Shown here: positions 10,845 to 20,843 of the stretch, piece after piece
How the letters are laid out: every line of letters starts with the position of its first letter
How positions within the stretch are numbered: the first letter of the stretch is position 1
DNA from: an uncultured Planctomycetota bacterium
GTDB taxonomy: Bacteria; Planctomycetota; Planctomycetia; Isosphaerales; Isosphaeraceae
NCBI GenBank assembly: GCA_963737655.1
Contig: CAVTTN010000002.1
Span: 7,520,001-7,584,000, forward strand
Direction of reading: 5' to 3'
Length of the DNA: 64,000 bases
Translations under genes and position numbers: made by a program
The notes under the pieces: model-generated
Told to the model about the DNA's origin: nothing
Seen by the model: the letters and a program-made list of their open reading frames with translations, nothing else
Databases searched by the model: none

Positions 10845-11369
10845 TCAGGCCGCCGGCGGGGCGTTGGTGCGGACGTCGTAGGCCGCGTTGATCGCCGGCG
10901 TGATCGGCGTCCCGTCGGCCTTCTGCTGGGTGTAGGTGATGTTCACCTGGCCGAAGGCCATCGACAGCGATTCGGTCGGCGTGTCGTCGCCGCCCGAGGA
11001 CCCGCTCCACTGGATGCTCTCGATGTACACTTCCTTGAACGTGTAGAGCAGGTACTCCACCGGCTTGCCGCCGGCCTTCCTCATGACCACGTCCACCTGG
11101 GGGAAGTGGTCGCCGCCGGCGCAGGCCAGGAACAGCTTGGGCGAGGCCGAGTCGCTCTTCTTCATCACGTTGAACGAGGAAATCGACACCTTGCCGCCGC
11201 CGGTGCCGGTCGTCCCGGAGCCGATGGTGACCGGGTTGCTGGCCCCCCAGGAGAAGGAGTAGATCTCAAAGGCCGACTTCTTGCTGTAGGTCGCGTCGGT
11301 GCTCTCGCCCTTGACTTCCAGGCCGTTGGAGGACTTGCCGGTGAAATAGCAGAACGTGTCGAAAGCCAT
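10845..11369 (-). CDS. hcp: T6SS tube protein Hcp
   Basis: KGES.D...EIYSFSWG, KKSDSASPKLF.ACA.G.H and ESLSMAF; GGAG RBS. Confidence 0.93.
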   Translation of the reverse strand: MAFDTFCYFTGKSSNGLEVKGESTDATYSKKSAFEIYSFSWGASNPVTIGSGTTGTGGGKVSISSFNVMKKSDSASPKLFLACAGGDHFPQVDVVMRKAGGKPVEYLLYTFKEVYIESIQWSGSSGGDDTPTESLSMAFGQVNITYTQQKADGTPITPAINAAYDVRTNAPPAA

Positions 11370-11682
11370 GATCGACGATCTCCTGGAGAAAGGCAGCCGC
11401 GACCGCCCCGAGCGGGTCTGATTGAGTGCCAGGGATGCCTCGCCCGGGGCGGCCGGGTCGGCGAGACATCCGAGCGACGGAGACGAGATGGATGGCGACG
11501 CCGGGGGCGCCGCTCTCGGCCGGTTCGGTCGGCGGGCCCGCCCCGGACGACTCGGTCCGCGGGCGGGTCCTGGAGGGGCCGGGCGTCCGTCGCGTTGCCC
11601 TGCCCCCTCCGCTCTCTAGACGGCTGGAGCGGCGTTTCGTGACGATCGACCCGGCCTCTCTCCGGTTGGGGACGGTCGGGCC

Positions 11683-13167
11683 TCAGCCCTTCTTCGGCAC
11701 CTCGGCGACGAGCCTCATCGACGCCGAAAGCCCTTCGAGCTGGTAGTGCGGCTTCATGTACGCCACCGCCTCGAAGAACCCCGGCTTGCCGGCGACGGCC
11801 CGGACCTCGACCGTGGCCTCCGACAGCGGCTTCCTCGCCTTGATCGCGTCGCTCGCGCCGTTGGGGTCCACGCAGTACTGGCTGATCCAGTTGTTCAGCC
11901 AGTACGACAGGTCGGACACCTCGGCGAACGAGCCGATCTTGTCCCGGGCCATCACCTTCAGGTAGTGGGCGAACCGCGACGTGTTGAGGATCAGGTTGAA
12001 CTTCGACGACAGCTCGGCGTTCGAGTTGGCGATCGGGTCGAAGTACGTCTTGGGCTTCTGGCACGACTGCGCGCCCATGAACACCGCGAAGTCGTTCCCC
12101 TTGCTGTGGACCAGGGGCAGGAACCCGAGGTTGGAGAGCTCGAACTCGCGGCGGTCGGTGATGGCGATCTCGGTCGGGCACTTCATCGCCACGTCGCCGT
12201 CGTCGGTCGGGAAGGTGTGGACGGGCAGGCCCTCGACCTTGCCGCCGCCCTCGACGCCCCGGCTCCGGGCGAACCAGCCGTACTGGGCGAAGGCGTCGGT
12301 CATCCTCGTGGCGTAGGCCCAGGCGGCGCCCATCCAGCCGTAGCTGTTGTGGTCGGTGCCGTCGACCGTCTCCTCGAAGTTGAACTCCTCGATCGTCTTG
12401 AAGTTGGGCCCGTAGGGCAGCCGCGACAGGACCCGGGGCATCGCCAGGGAGACGTACCGCGAGTCCTCGCTCTCCCGGAAGCTCTTCCACGCCGCGTATT
12501 CGACCGAGTCGAAGACCTTGGCGAGGTCTCGCGGGGCGGAGAGCTCGGTATAGCTCTCCATGTTGAACATCTTGGGCGAGACGTTCGAGACGAACGGCGC
12601 GTGCGAGGCCGCCGCGACGTTGGAGATCATCTTCAGGAGGCTGATGTCCTCGGCCGAGCGGCCGAACTCGTAGTCGCCCACGAGCATCCCGTACGGCTGG
12701 CCGCCGAGCTGGCCGTACTCCTCCTCGTAGATCTTCTTGAACAGGCTGGACTGATCGAACTCGGCGGCGCGCTCCAGGTCCTTGAACAGCTCCTTCTTGG
12801 AGACGTTCAGGACGCGGATCTTGAGGCTCTCGCCGGTCTCCGACTGGTGGACGAGGTAATGCAGGCCCCTCCAGGTCGATTCCAGCTTCTGGAACGCCGG
12901 GTCGTGCATGACTTCGTTGAGCTGTGCCGAGAGGGTCTGGTCGATCTTGGAGACCCAGTGCTTGATCGAGCTCTCGACGTCCTTGGAGACCTTCTGGCCG
13001 GGCTTGACCAGCTCGCCGAGGAACTGCTTGAAGTAGTCCTTGGCGCGTTCGGCCTCGGCTTCGGACTGGGGCCGGGTGGCGGAGATGACCTGATCCAGGA
13101 GATTGGGGGCTTCGGCGTCCTGCGCCTCGGCGGCGGCGGCCCCTGCGGTCTGTTCGGCGGTGCTCAT
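11683..13167 (-). CDS. tssC: T6SS contractile sheath large subunit
   Basis: FQKLESTWRGL, YEEEYGQLGG, KCPTEIAITDRREFELS and SRFAHYLKVMARDKIGS. Confidence 0.97.
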   Translation of the reverse strand: MSTAEQTAGAAAAEAQDAEAPNLLDQVISATRPQSEAEAERAKDYFKQFLGELVKPGQKVSKDVESSIKHWVSKIDQTLSAQLNEVMHDPAFQKLESTWRGLHYLVHQSETGESLKIRVLNVSKKELFKDLERAAEFDQSSLFKKIYEEEYGQLGGQPYGMLVGDYEFGRSAEDISLLKMISNVAAASHAPFVSNVSPKMFNMESYTELSAPRDLAKVFDSVEYAAWKSFRESEDSRYVSLAMPRVLSRLPYGPNFKTIEEFNFEETVDGTDHNSYGWMGAAWAYATRMTDAFAQYGWFARSRGVEGGGKVEGLPVHTFPTDDGDVAMKCPTEIAITDRREFELSNLGFLPLVHSKGNDFAVFMGAQSCQKPKTYFDPIANSNAELSSKFNLILNTSRFAHYLKVMARDKIGSFAEVSDLSYWLNNWISQYCVDPNGASDAIKARKPLSEATVEVRAVAGKPGFFEAVAYMKPHYQLEGLSASMRLVAEVPKKG

Positions 13168-13173
13168 GAGGGA

Positions 13174-13692
13174 TCAGGCCTCCGTCGCGGGGGTTTCGGT
13201 TTCGATGCCCATCTGCTTCGCCAGCTCCTTGGCCTTGTCCGTGTTCTGGAGGATCTCGGCGAGCTTCTCTTCGAGCTTGTCGTTGCCTTCCATCTTGGAC
13301 AGGAGCTGCTGGAGGTTGAACCTCATGTCCATCAGCTCCTTGAGGGCGGGGATCTGGGCGGCGACCTTGGCCGGCTCGAAGTCGTCCATGCTCTTGAAGT
13401 TGAGCTCGACGCCGATCTTCGAGTCGTCGTTCTGGATCTTGTTATCGACGCGAGTGGTGATCCTCGGAGCGGCCTTGGCCAGGACGTCGTTGAAGTTGTC
13501 GCGGTCGATCGAGACGACCTTGCGCTCCTTCAACGGACGGAGGGGGTCCTTCGGCTGCCCGGAGAGGTCGGCCAGGACGCCGACGACGAACGGGAGCTCG
13601 ACCTTCTGCAAGGCCCCGTTGGTCTCCACGTCGTAGGTAATCTGGACGCGGGGCCGGCGGACCCGGTCCAGCTTGTGCTGCATGCTCGACAT
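13174..13692 (-). CDS. tssB: T6SS contractile sheath small subunit
   Basis: RPRVQITYDVE, ELPFVVGVLAD, IDRDNF and SMDDFEP; GAGG RBS. Confidence 0.96.
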   Translation of the reverse strand: MSSMQHKLDRVRRPRVQITYDVETNGALQKVELPFVVGVLADLSGQPKDPLRPLKERKVVSIDRDNFNDVLAKAAPRITTRVDNKIQNDDSKIGVELNFKSMDDFEPAKVAAQIPALKELMDMRFNLQQLLSKMEGNDKLEEKLAEILQNTDKAKELAKQMGIETETPATEA

Positions 13693-13913
13693 CGCAACCT
13701 CCCCGGGAAACGTGACATGGAACGGGTATCGGGGACGCCCGGTCAGGTCCCCGGTCCGGGGCCGCCTGCCCGGCGGCCCCAATTCATTCGGCGGCCGCGC
13801 TCGCATGGCCAGCCGGACCACCAATGGGTCGCGATCCTTCCAGGCCCCTGCGTTCTAAGCCAACCGGGCCGACAAGGCAAACGAAATGTTCGCGAGCGAC
13901 CATTTTCCGGACG

Positions 13914-14980
13914 TCAGGCCTCGGGCTCCTCGACCAGGGCCTTGATCCCCAAAGTCTTGGACATCTCTTCAAGGACCGTGGCCTCCTTGATCAGCTCCCT
14001 CATGAGTTGCGGGAAGCTCATCGCGCCGAGCTGGCAGGCCCTCTGGATCATGAAGGGGATCGGGCTGTGGGCTCGATCTTCTCGAGGACCGCGGCGGCCT
14101 CGGCCAGCCTCTGATACACCTGAACCCGGTTGGTCATCCGGCCGCCGCCTCCGCCGCCGCCGCCCCCCTCGGCGGCCTCGCCGCCGCCCTCCCCCTCGCC
14201 GACCTCCTCGCCGCCGGCCTCGACCGGCGCCGGCCCCTTGCGGTCGAGGATCTGCGAATTGAGGTTCCAGCATTCCTCGAGGGCGCCCCGGACGCTCGTC
14301 AGTCCGGGTGCGACGTAGCCCATCTTCTCGTTGAGGAGCGCCAGCAGGGCCGCCACGACCTCTCGGGCCTCGGCCAGGTCGTCCACGAGCGTCTGGAAGC
14401 GGTCGCGGGGGGTCTCCGACACCGCCTTGTCGAATTGCTCGGTGGTGACCTTGCCCTTGCCGCTCTGGATCTGCCGCCAGTCCTGGAAACTGAACGGCTC
14501 GCCCTCGATGAAGACGATCGGCACGCCCCGGATCGTGTTGGGGAAGCGGGCCCCGCGGTCCGGGTCGTCCAGCCAGTTGAAGGCGGCGGCGCGGGGCTCC
14601 ACGTCGCCGTCCTCGTCGATCTCCGGGCGGATCCGGTCCCAGCCGTTCTCGACCAGGGCCTTGAGGAACGCCAGGCCGTCGCGGACCCCGGCGTAGCCGT
14701 TCACCCGGGTGACGGCCTCGGTCAGCCGGGCGGCGAGCATGAGGTCCTTGGAGGTCTCGGTCAGCGCCTTGGTCGTCTGGCGGACGATCCCGGGCCAGTC
14801 GGCCTTCTTGTACTCGGTGGGTCGGGTCGGGTCGTCGGCCGGATAATCGTCCGGGTTGATCTCCTTCCTCGCGGTGTCCAGGGCCTCGCGGAGCGCGAAG
14901 GGGACGGACGATCCGGCCGGCTCGTCGCCGGGGATCGGGGCGGTCAGGGCATCAATGTCCAGCGAGGGAGGGGAGGGCAT
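13914..14980 (-). CDS. tssA: T6SS protein TssA, ImpA_N type (frameshifted at ~14070)
   Basis: LTAPIPGDEPAG, ADW and SKDLMLAARL; one extra base in the GGG run at 14069-14071 restores EPHSPIPFMIQRA. Confidence 0.9.
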
Positions 14981-15142
14981 GCCGTCCTCGGTGGGGGGCG
15001 GGACCAGGTTGCGGACTCGGGGCCGGGCCTGGGCGACATCGGCCCGGGGCCGGGGCGGCCCCGCCGGCCCTCAAGAGTATCCCACGGCGGCTCGGAAGCC
15101 AAATCCTTCCCCAAGAGACATTAGGGCTCGGGACGGTCGCGG

Positions 15143-16429
15143 TCAACGGCCCGGCCCGGAGTCTCGGAAGATTTGGGTCAAGCTCCGACGGCCGGTGCCC
15201 AGGCGGGCCGTCGGGGCCCGGGCCGGGGCCTGGGGACGCCCGGAGGAGATCGGCCGGACCGTCGGGGGCAGCGGCGGCTCGTCCGTCTCGTCCTCGGCGG
15301 GGGCCGCCGGGCTGGCCGCTCCCCTTGAAGCGGCCGGGTGGACCGTGGGATCGCCGCTCGGGGCCGACGATCCGTCTTCCAGGAAGATCGGCGCATTGGG
15401 AGGAGTCGCGGTCCCCGTCCCCGTCGCCGTCGCCGTCGCCGGGGCGGAGGCCCGGGGCGTCGCCGGCTCGGCGGTCCGGGCCCGGGCCAGGGCGTGGTAG
15501 ACGCTCCTCTGGCCCGTGTTCATCCTCGCCGCCAGCTCCGGGGCCGGGCCTCGCTTCGCCGCGGCGGAGGCAGTCTTCTTCGCCGACGCCACGACCTCCG
15601 CCAGCGTCCTCTCCTCGAGCTTCGAGTAATACGCCGTGAGGATCACCGAGGCCGAGGTCTTCGCCCCTCGGGCCCCGATCGGGTCGGGCACTTCCGCGGG
15701 CGATTCGGTCGGGGCCGGCGGGGTCGGCGGCAGCTTCACCTTGCAGAGGCACGAGTTCAGGGCCGTGAAGGCCGCCGAGCGGACCCGGGGCGAGGTCTCC
15801 GACGGATTGTCGTCGGCCTCCGAGCCCTCGACGACGATCTCCAGGGCGGCGATGGTCTTCTTGGTGCAGCAGCAGCCGCGGCCCAGGGCCAGGGCGGCCT
15901 CATAGCGGACGCATTCGTTGCGGTCGGCCCGCAGGCCGGCGATCAGGGCGGCCTCGGCGTCGGGCCAGTAGTGGCAATCGACGGTCCCGAGGTAGGCGAT
16001 CGCCGCGCGACGGGCCTTGGCGTCGGCCTCGTCGGCCTTGATCTTGGCGGCGACGGCCTCGGCGCCGTTGGGGCCTCCGGCCGCCGAGAGGGCGGCGATG
16101 TCGGCGGCGCTGGGCACCGTCGGGCAGCACTGGGGGATCAGGCCGCCGGAGAGCGCCCTCATCGGCGCCATGCCGTTGTTGAGCAAGGCCCCGAGCTGCG
16201 ACTTGCAGATCTTGTCCTTGCAGGCGGCGCAGTTGGCCTTGGTGATCCCGAAGAGGCCGAAGATCGTCCTGGGGGCCGCGGCCACCGGCGCGGCGGCGAC
16301 CGGGACGGCGGTCGCCGCGCCTCCCACCGGGGCCGCGGCGCCGGGGATTCCCGGGATCTGCGCCCGGGCCGAGGCCGCGAACAAGAAGGCCGCCACCATC
16401 GCCGCGCCAATCGCCTTGCCGCTTCTCAT
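15143..16429 (-). CDS. Exported Cys-rich protein with a HEAT-like repeat and a Pro/Ala-rich tail
   Basis: Signal peptide ending ASARA; YLGTVDCHYWP..EAALIAGLRADRNECVRYEAALALGRGCCCTK. Confidence 0.7.
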   Translation of the reverse strand: MRSGKAIGAAMVAAFLFAASARAQIPGIPGAAAPVGGAATAVPVAAAPVAAAPRTIFGLFGITKANCAACKDKICKSQLGALLNNGMAPMRALSGGLIPQCCPTVPSAADIAALSAAGGPNGAEAVAAKIKADEADAKARRAAIAYLGTVDCHYWPDAEAALIAGLRADRNECVRYEAALALGRGCCCTKKTIAALEIVVEGSEADDNPSETSPRVRSAAFTALNSCLCKVKLPPTPPAPTESPAEVPDPIGARGAKTSASVILTAYYSKLEERTLAEVVASAKKTASAAAKRGPAPELAARMNTGQRSVYHALARARTAEPATPRASAPATATATGTGTATPPNAPIFLEDGSSAPSGDPTVHPAASRGAASPAAPAEDETDEPPLPPTVRPISSGRPQAPARAPTARLGTGRRSLTQIFRDSGPGR

Positions 16430-16679
16430 GCGTCCGCCTCCGCGAAACGTTCGGGCCGTGGCACGCGAGGTCGCCCGGCGAGCCCGCCTTGTCGTCTATC
16501 GGGTCAGGGCCGAACGGCCTTGAGAGGATTTGCCGGTCGTGCCGGTCGCAGGGCGTGTCGGTCAAGGTCACCCGTTCCTCTTGGCTTTTTCGGCGGATCG
16601 GCGTATAACCCGCCCGCCCCGCGCCGCCGGGCCCCGCCTGGGGGCCGCCGCCGGGGCCGTCGCCACGGAGGGCGAACGC

Positions 16680-18442
16680 GTGGACCGGACCCCGGTCGAA
16701 CATCGACGACGGGCCACGGCCCGAGGAGCCTCGCTCCTCGCGGTCCTCGTGGCGCTGGCGGTCGGCGGGTGCTCGACGCCCGCCGCCTCGCGATCGTCGT
16801 ATCGACCGATCCTCGATGAGCCTCCGGCCGAGTCGCTCGCCCCCGAGCCGTCGCCGGCCCTGGCCGTCGGCGCCGAGGCGGAGCGGGTCCGCGTCCGCAA
16901 CGAATCGCGGCCGGCTCCGCCCGCGTCGAAGCCGTCGCCCGCTCCGTCCGCCCCGCCTGGGCCGTCGATCCTCGACGAGCCGCCTCTTCCTCCCCCCGAC
17001 CCCTCGGGCCGTCCCCGAGCTTCGACCGTCGATCCCGCCCCTCGGCCCCGGCCCCGTCGCCCTCGGTGCCGATCCGCCCGAAGGCCGTCCCCTCGGAATC
17101 GGCCGCCGAGAGGGACCGCGTTTTGCGAACGCCCCACGAGTTCATCGCCTCCGAGGAACGGCCCCGGACCGATCGAATCGCCGCCCCTCGGCCGAGATGG
17201 ACGCTCGCCGAGGTCGTCCTGCCGGTCGATCCTGATCCGCCTCCACCTCCTCCGACGGCGCCGATCGCGGAGGAGCCCGAGGAACGGACGGGAGCCGAGC
17301 CGGGCGCGCCTCCGAAGAGTGAGGGACGTGACGAATCGGTCCTCGAAGCCGCCTGCCCGACGTGCGGCGGATCGGGACGGACCTTCGACACCGATCGGGC
17401 CGAGATCGGCACGTGTGCCTCGTGCGGAGGGGGCGGCCGCTGCAGCCCGGGGCGGGCGGATTGCCCGCCGATCGTCGCGAAAACCTTCGCCGGGCGGTTC
17501 GCCGCCGAACTTTATCAGTGCCTCTGCTGCCCCGATCCCTGCTACGAGCCGAGCTGGGTGCCCCAGGCCAACGCCGCGTTCTTCCAGGACTTCGCCCGCC
17601 CTCGGACCATCACCCGGTTCCGCTACGATCGCGACAACGACCTGATGTTCCCCGACCGCTCCGAATACTTCTGGGCCCGGGAATCGCTGAATTCCCCCTA
17701 TCCGCAGGGCGGCAAGGGGCCGAAGCAGCCCAAGGCGTTCCCCGCCCACCCGAAGCCCGGCTATCACGGGCCGACGATCGCGCCCAAGGGTGAGCGAAGC
17801 CTCAACTACGACGAGCTCTCACTCTACACCGAGGCCGCCGCCGGCAACGCGAGCTTCTTCGTCGAGGTCCCGTACCTCTCCACGAACCCCTATTACACGG
17901 GCCATCACGCCGGGTTCGCGAACATGAACCTGGGGACGAAATCGGTCCTCTTCGACTGCGAACTGCTCCAGATCACCTTCCAGTTCCGCACCTACCTGCC
18001 GACGGGGAACGCCGTCGAGGGGCTGGGAAACGGCCACGTCTCGCTGGAGCCGTCCCTGCTGATGGCGCTGCGGCTCGCGCCCGATTGGTACCTCCAGGGG
18101 CAGGTCGCCGAGTGGATTCCCCTGGGAGGGGACCAGAATTACGCCGGTTCCTTGATCCACTATCACACCAGCCTGAACGGAGTCCTCGGCCGGATCGCGC
18201 CGAACTCGCCATTGATCGGCACCTTCGAATTCAACGGCTGGTCGTTCCAGGACGGGGCGTACACCGACCCGGTCCTCGGCCCGTTCCGCAAGTCGAGCGG
18301 ATCGACGTATGCGAACCTCGGTCCGGGCCTGCGGATGGTCCTGTGCGACAAGGTCGATTTCGGGGTCGCCGCGGCCTTCGCGCTGACCGATCCCCACTGG
18401 GCCAGCTCGTTCATCCGGGCCGAGTTCCGGGTCCTCTACTGA
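16680..18442 (+). CDS. Putative lipoprotein with Pro-rich linker, Cys-rich segment and C-terminal beta-barrel-like domain (frameshifted at ~17000-17065)
   Basis: Lipobox-like LAVGGC after a hydrophobic stretch; CPTC..CASC..CLCCPDPC; amphipathic strands ending RAEFRVLY. Confidence 0.55.
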
Positions 18443-18541
18443 CCTCGCAGGGTCCGCTCTTGCGGACAATTTCCAATTCCCTCGACGATTTCGCCCCAAT
18501 CGAAGAGGTCCGCAAGAGCAGACCCCACGGAGGCCGCTTCG

Positions 18542-19207
18542 CTACATGGCTTCCTTGATCCCCGAGTTCACGAGCCACCAGTTCGCCGGGTAGCTCGTGG
18601 CGAACCCGACGATCATCGCCAGTTGCATCAGGAACCAGTACGTGACGGTGTTCGGCTCGGGCGGGACTTCGAAGAACACCAGCCGGTTCAGGGCCATGAA
18701 GCCGAACATCCCGACCTCGAACGCCACGAGCGAGATCGTGTCGGCCTTGATCGCCGCCCAGATCCCTTCGCCCACCCCGAGCTTGCGCATCGGGGCGATC
18801 GTGAAGAACTGGAAGAGGACGCCGATCAGGTACGCCAGGGTGAAATCGCCGAGGTAGGCGGTCAGGAGCTTCGAGCCGAACAAGGTGACTCCCGACAGGA
18901 AGATCGCGGTCTCGGCGATCGTGTCGCCCAGGGTGCAGCCGGCCCCGCAATGGCTCGTGGCGACGAACACCGTCTGCCAGAACGGCTTTTTGGGCGCGTC
19001 GCCTTCCGTCGCCTTCGGCCGTCCCATCACCCAGTACGCCCACAGCCCGACCGGCCCGAAGTAGAGGCCCGTGATCGGCCAGACCACGTTCATGATCGCC
19101 ATCGGCCGGCGATGGCCGGCGAGCAGATCGCCCAGGATCACCAGGGAACAGACCACCGAGAGGCCCACGAACCCGTAAGCCACGATCCTCAACCAGTCCG
19201 GCGGCAT
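18542..19207 (-). CDS. DUF4396 family membrane protein
   Basis: IMNVVWPITGLY, HCGAGCTLGD and FATSYPANWWLV..GIKEAM. Confidence 0.85.
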   Translation of the reverse strand: MPPDWLRIVAYGFVGLSVVCSLVILGDLLAGHRRPMAIMNVVWPITGLYFGPVGLWAYWVMGRPKATEGDAPKKPFWQTVFVATSHCGAGCTLGDTIAETAIFLSGVTLFGSKLLTAYLGDFTLAYLIGVLFQFFTIAPMRKLGVGEGIWAAIKADTISLVAFEVGMFGFMALNRLVFFEVPPEPNTVTYWFLMQLAMIVGFATSYPANWWLVNSGIKEAM

Positions 19208-19365
19208 GGCGGTCGGCCTTTCTCTCGAAGTCGTGTTCCAAGGGCCCTGCCTGCAATCCTCACGCCGTGGGACTCGCTCGACGGCTTGACTCTCGGGGGC
19301 GGCGGATCGACGATGAACCGGTCCGGGCGCGGGGGATCGTCCTCCCGGCCCGAGGAGGCCCGCCG

Positions 19366-19746
19366 ATGCTGGGAATCGCCCTGGCTTCCGCGCTCCTGAT
19401 CCTCTTCGCGACGGCCTGGGTCGAATTCGCCTGGGTCCGGGCGCCGGCGTTCGTCGATCGATGGGCCGAGACCCACCTCTATCGGATCGTCCGTCGCCGG
19501 AGGAAGATGCTGTTCCGAGGCCCGTTCTCGTGGAAGAGCTGGGGTCTTCAAGTCGTCTTCCAAATCGAGATCGACGACGGTTCCGACCTGATCAAGGCCG
19601 GCTGGTTCCGCGTGGGAGGGTTCGGGTGGCCCTCGACCCGGCGGTTCGAGGTCCGGTGGGACGATCGATGGCCGCCGTTCGTCGGCTCCCATAGCCCGGC
19701 GACCGGGGCGGCCGTCTCGATGTGGGACCGCCAGCTCGACGGCTGA
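19366..19746 (+). CDS. Hypothetical protein with N-terminal TM helix
   Basis: GAGGAGG RBS, hydrophobic N-terminus and Trp-rich domain. Confidence 0.65.
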   Translation: MLGIALASALLILFATAWVEFAWVRAPAFVDRWAETHLYRIVRRRRKMLFRGPFSWKSWGLQVVFQIEIDDGSDLIKAGWFRVGGFGWPSTRRFEVRWDDRWPPFVGSHSPATGAAVSMWDRQLDG

Positions 19747-19762
19747 ACCCCTCGCGACGATC

Positions 19763-19815
19763 TTCGAAAGATTTCGTTGATCGCGTCCGCCCCGCGCGAT
19801 TACAATCGTCGTCAT
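19763..19815 (+). promoter_or_regulatory. Putative sigma70 promoter with a degenerate BlaI-type operator (copy 3)
   Basis: TTGATC(19777)-N18-TACAAT(19801); GATTACA-AT-CGTCGTC at 19798-19813; shares ATTTCGTTGA with copies 1 and 2. Confidence 0.55.
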
Positions 19816-19924
19816 GATCCATCGGCGATCATTGAATCGTTCGGGCCGCCGGCGAATTCGACCCTCGGCCCAGGGCTCGCGAACGAACAAACGGATCGAA
19901 ATCTCCCATTTCGAGGCCCCGCTG

Positions 19925-20776
19925 ATGAGCCGGACCGCGCGATCGTGGACCTCTCTGGCGCTCCTCGCCCTCGTCCCGCCGCTGGCCCTCGCCCAGGCCC
20001 CTCCGGCCGAGAAGGCCGCCGATCCCGCCCACAACAAGTGGCTGCCGGTCCTGAAGAAGCAGGCGGAGGAATACTCGATCGTCGTCGATGCGGCCGATGG
20101 GCCGAAGACCCGGACGAAAATGGTCGCCGAGCCGTTGATGCGATGGACCCAGCCCGTCCGGGGCGGGGATGACGGCGTCCTCTGCCTCTGGACCGATCGC
20201 GGAGTGCCCGTGGTGGCCATGACCGTCTTCACCTTCCGCGCCGACACCGGCGAGCGCTGGGTCGTCCACGAGCATCAATCGCTCTCGCTCCGGCCGATGG
20301 AGGCGACCTGGCAGGGCAAGGCGATGTGGCACACCAGCGGCCCGGGGCTGACCTTCGCCCCGGTCCCCGACGCCCCGAGCCCGGCCGGTTCTCCGGCGGG
20401 GAGGCTCCGGCAGATGCAAGGCTTCCTCCGGGACGTCTCCGCCAACACGATCGACCGCAAGGGCTCGACCTGGCCGCTCCGCCCGCTCTCGAAGCCGCTC
20501 TACCGCTATGAGGGGACCGGCCCCGAGGTCCCCGACGGCGGCGTCTTCGCCCTGGTCCAGGGCAACGACCCCGAAGCGTTCGTGGTGATCGAGGCCCGAG
20601 ACGGCCAGTGGCGATTCGGCCTCGCCCGCCTCACCGACCTGGAGCTGAAAATCCGGGTCAAGGGCAAGGAGGTCTTCTCCGCCCCCTACACCACCGGCCG
20701 GGACGACGGCCCCTATCAGACGGTCGTGGCCGTCTCCAAGAATAGCGAATCCCCCGAGGACTTCACGAAGCCGTAG
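19925..20776 (+). CDS. Secreted uncharacterised protein, paralog 1 of 5
   Basis: Signal peptide; WTQPVRGGDDG, RLRQM, PLYRY, DGGVF and GNDPE. Confidence 0.8.
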   Translation: MSRTARSWTSLALLALVPPLALAQAPPAEKAADPAHNKWLPVLKKQAEEYSIVVDAADGPKTRTKMVAEPLMRWTQPVRGGDDGVLCLWTDRGVPVVAMTVFTFRADTGERWVVHEHQSLSLRPMEATWQGKAMWHTSGPGLTFAPVPDAPSPAGSPAGRLRQMQGFLRDVSANTIDRKGSTWPLRPLSKPLYRYEGTGPEVPDGGVFALVQGNDPEAFVVIEARDGQWRFGLARLTDLELKIRVKGKEVFSAPYTTGRDDGPYQTVVAVSKNSESPEDFTKP

Positions 20777-20843
20777 GGAGGGCGAACCCTCTTTGCGGGA
20801 GGCCAGGGAACCCGTTCCATCGCTTCGCCAGGGGCGAAAACCG

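Noticed and set aside
16459..16474. Sigma54 promoters near the T6SS (TGGCAC here and at 11426-11431 on the minus strand)
   Set aside because: The -12 GC element is missing or misplaced by one base
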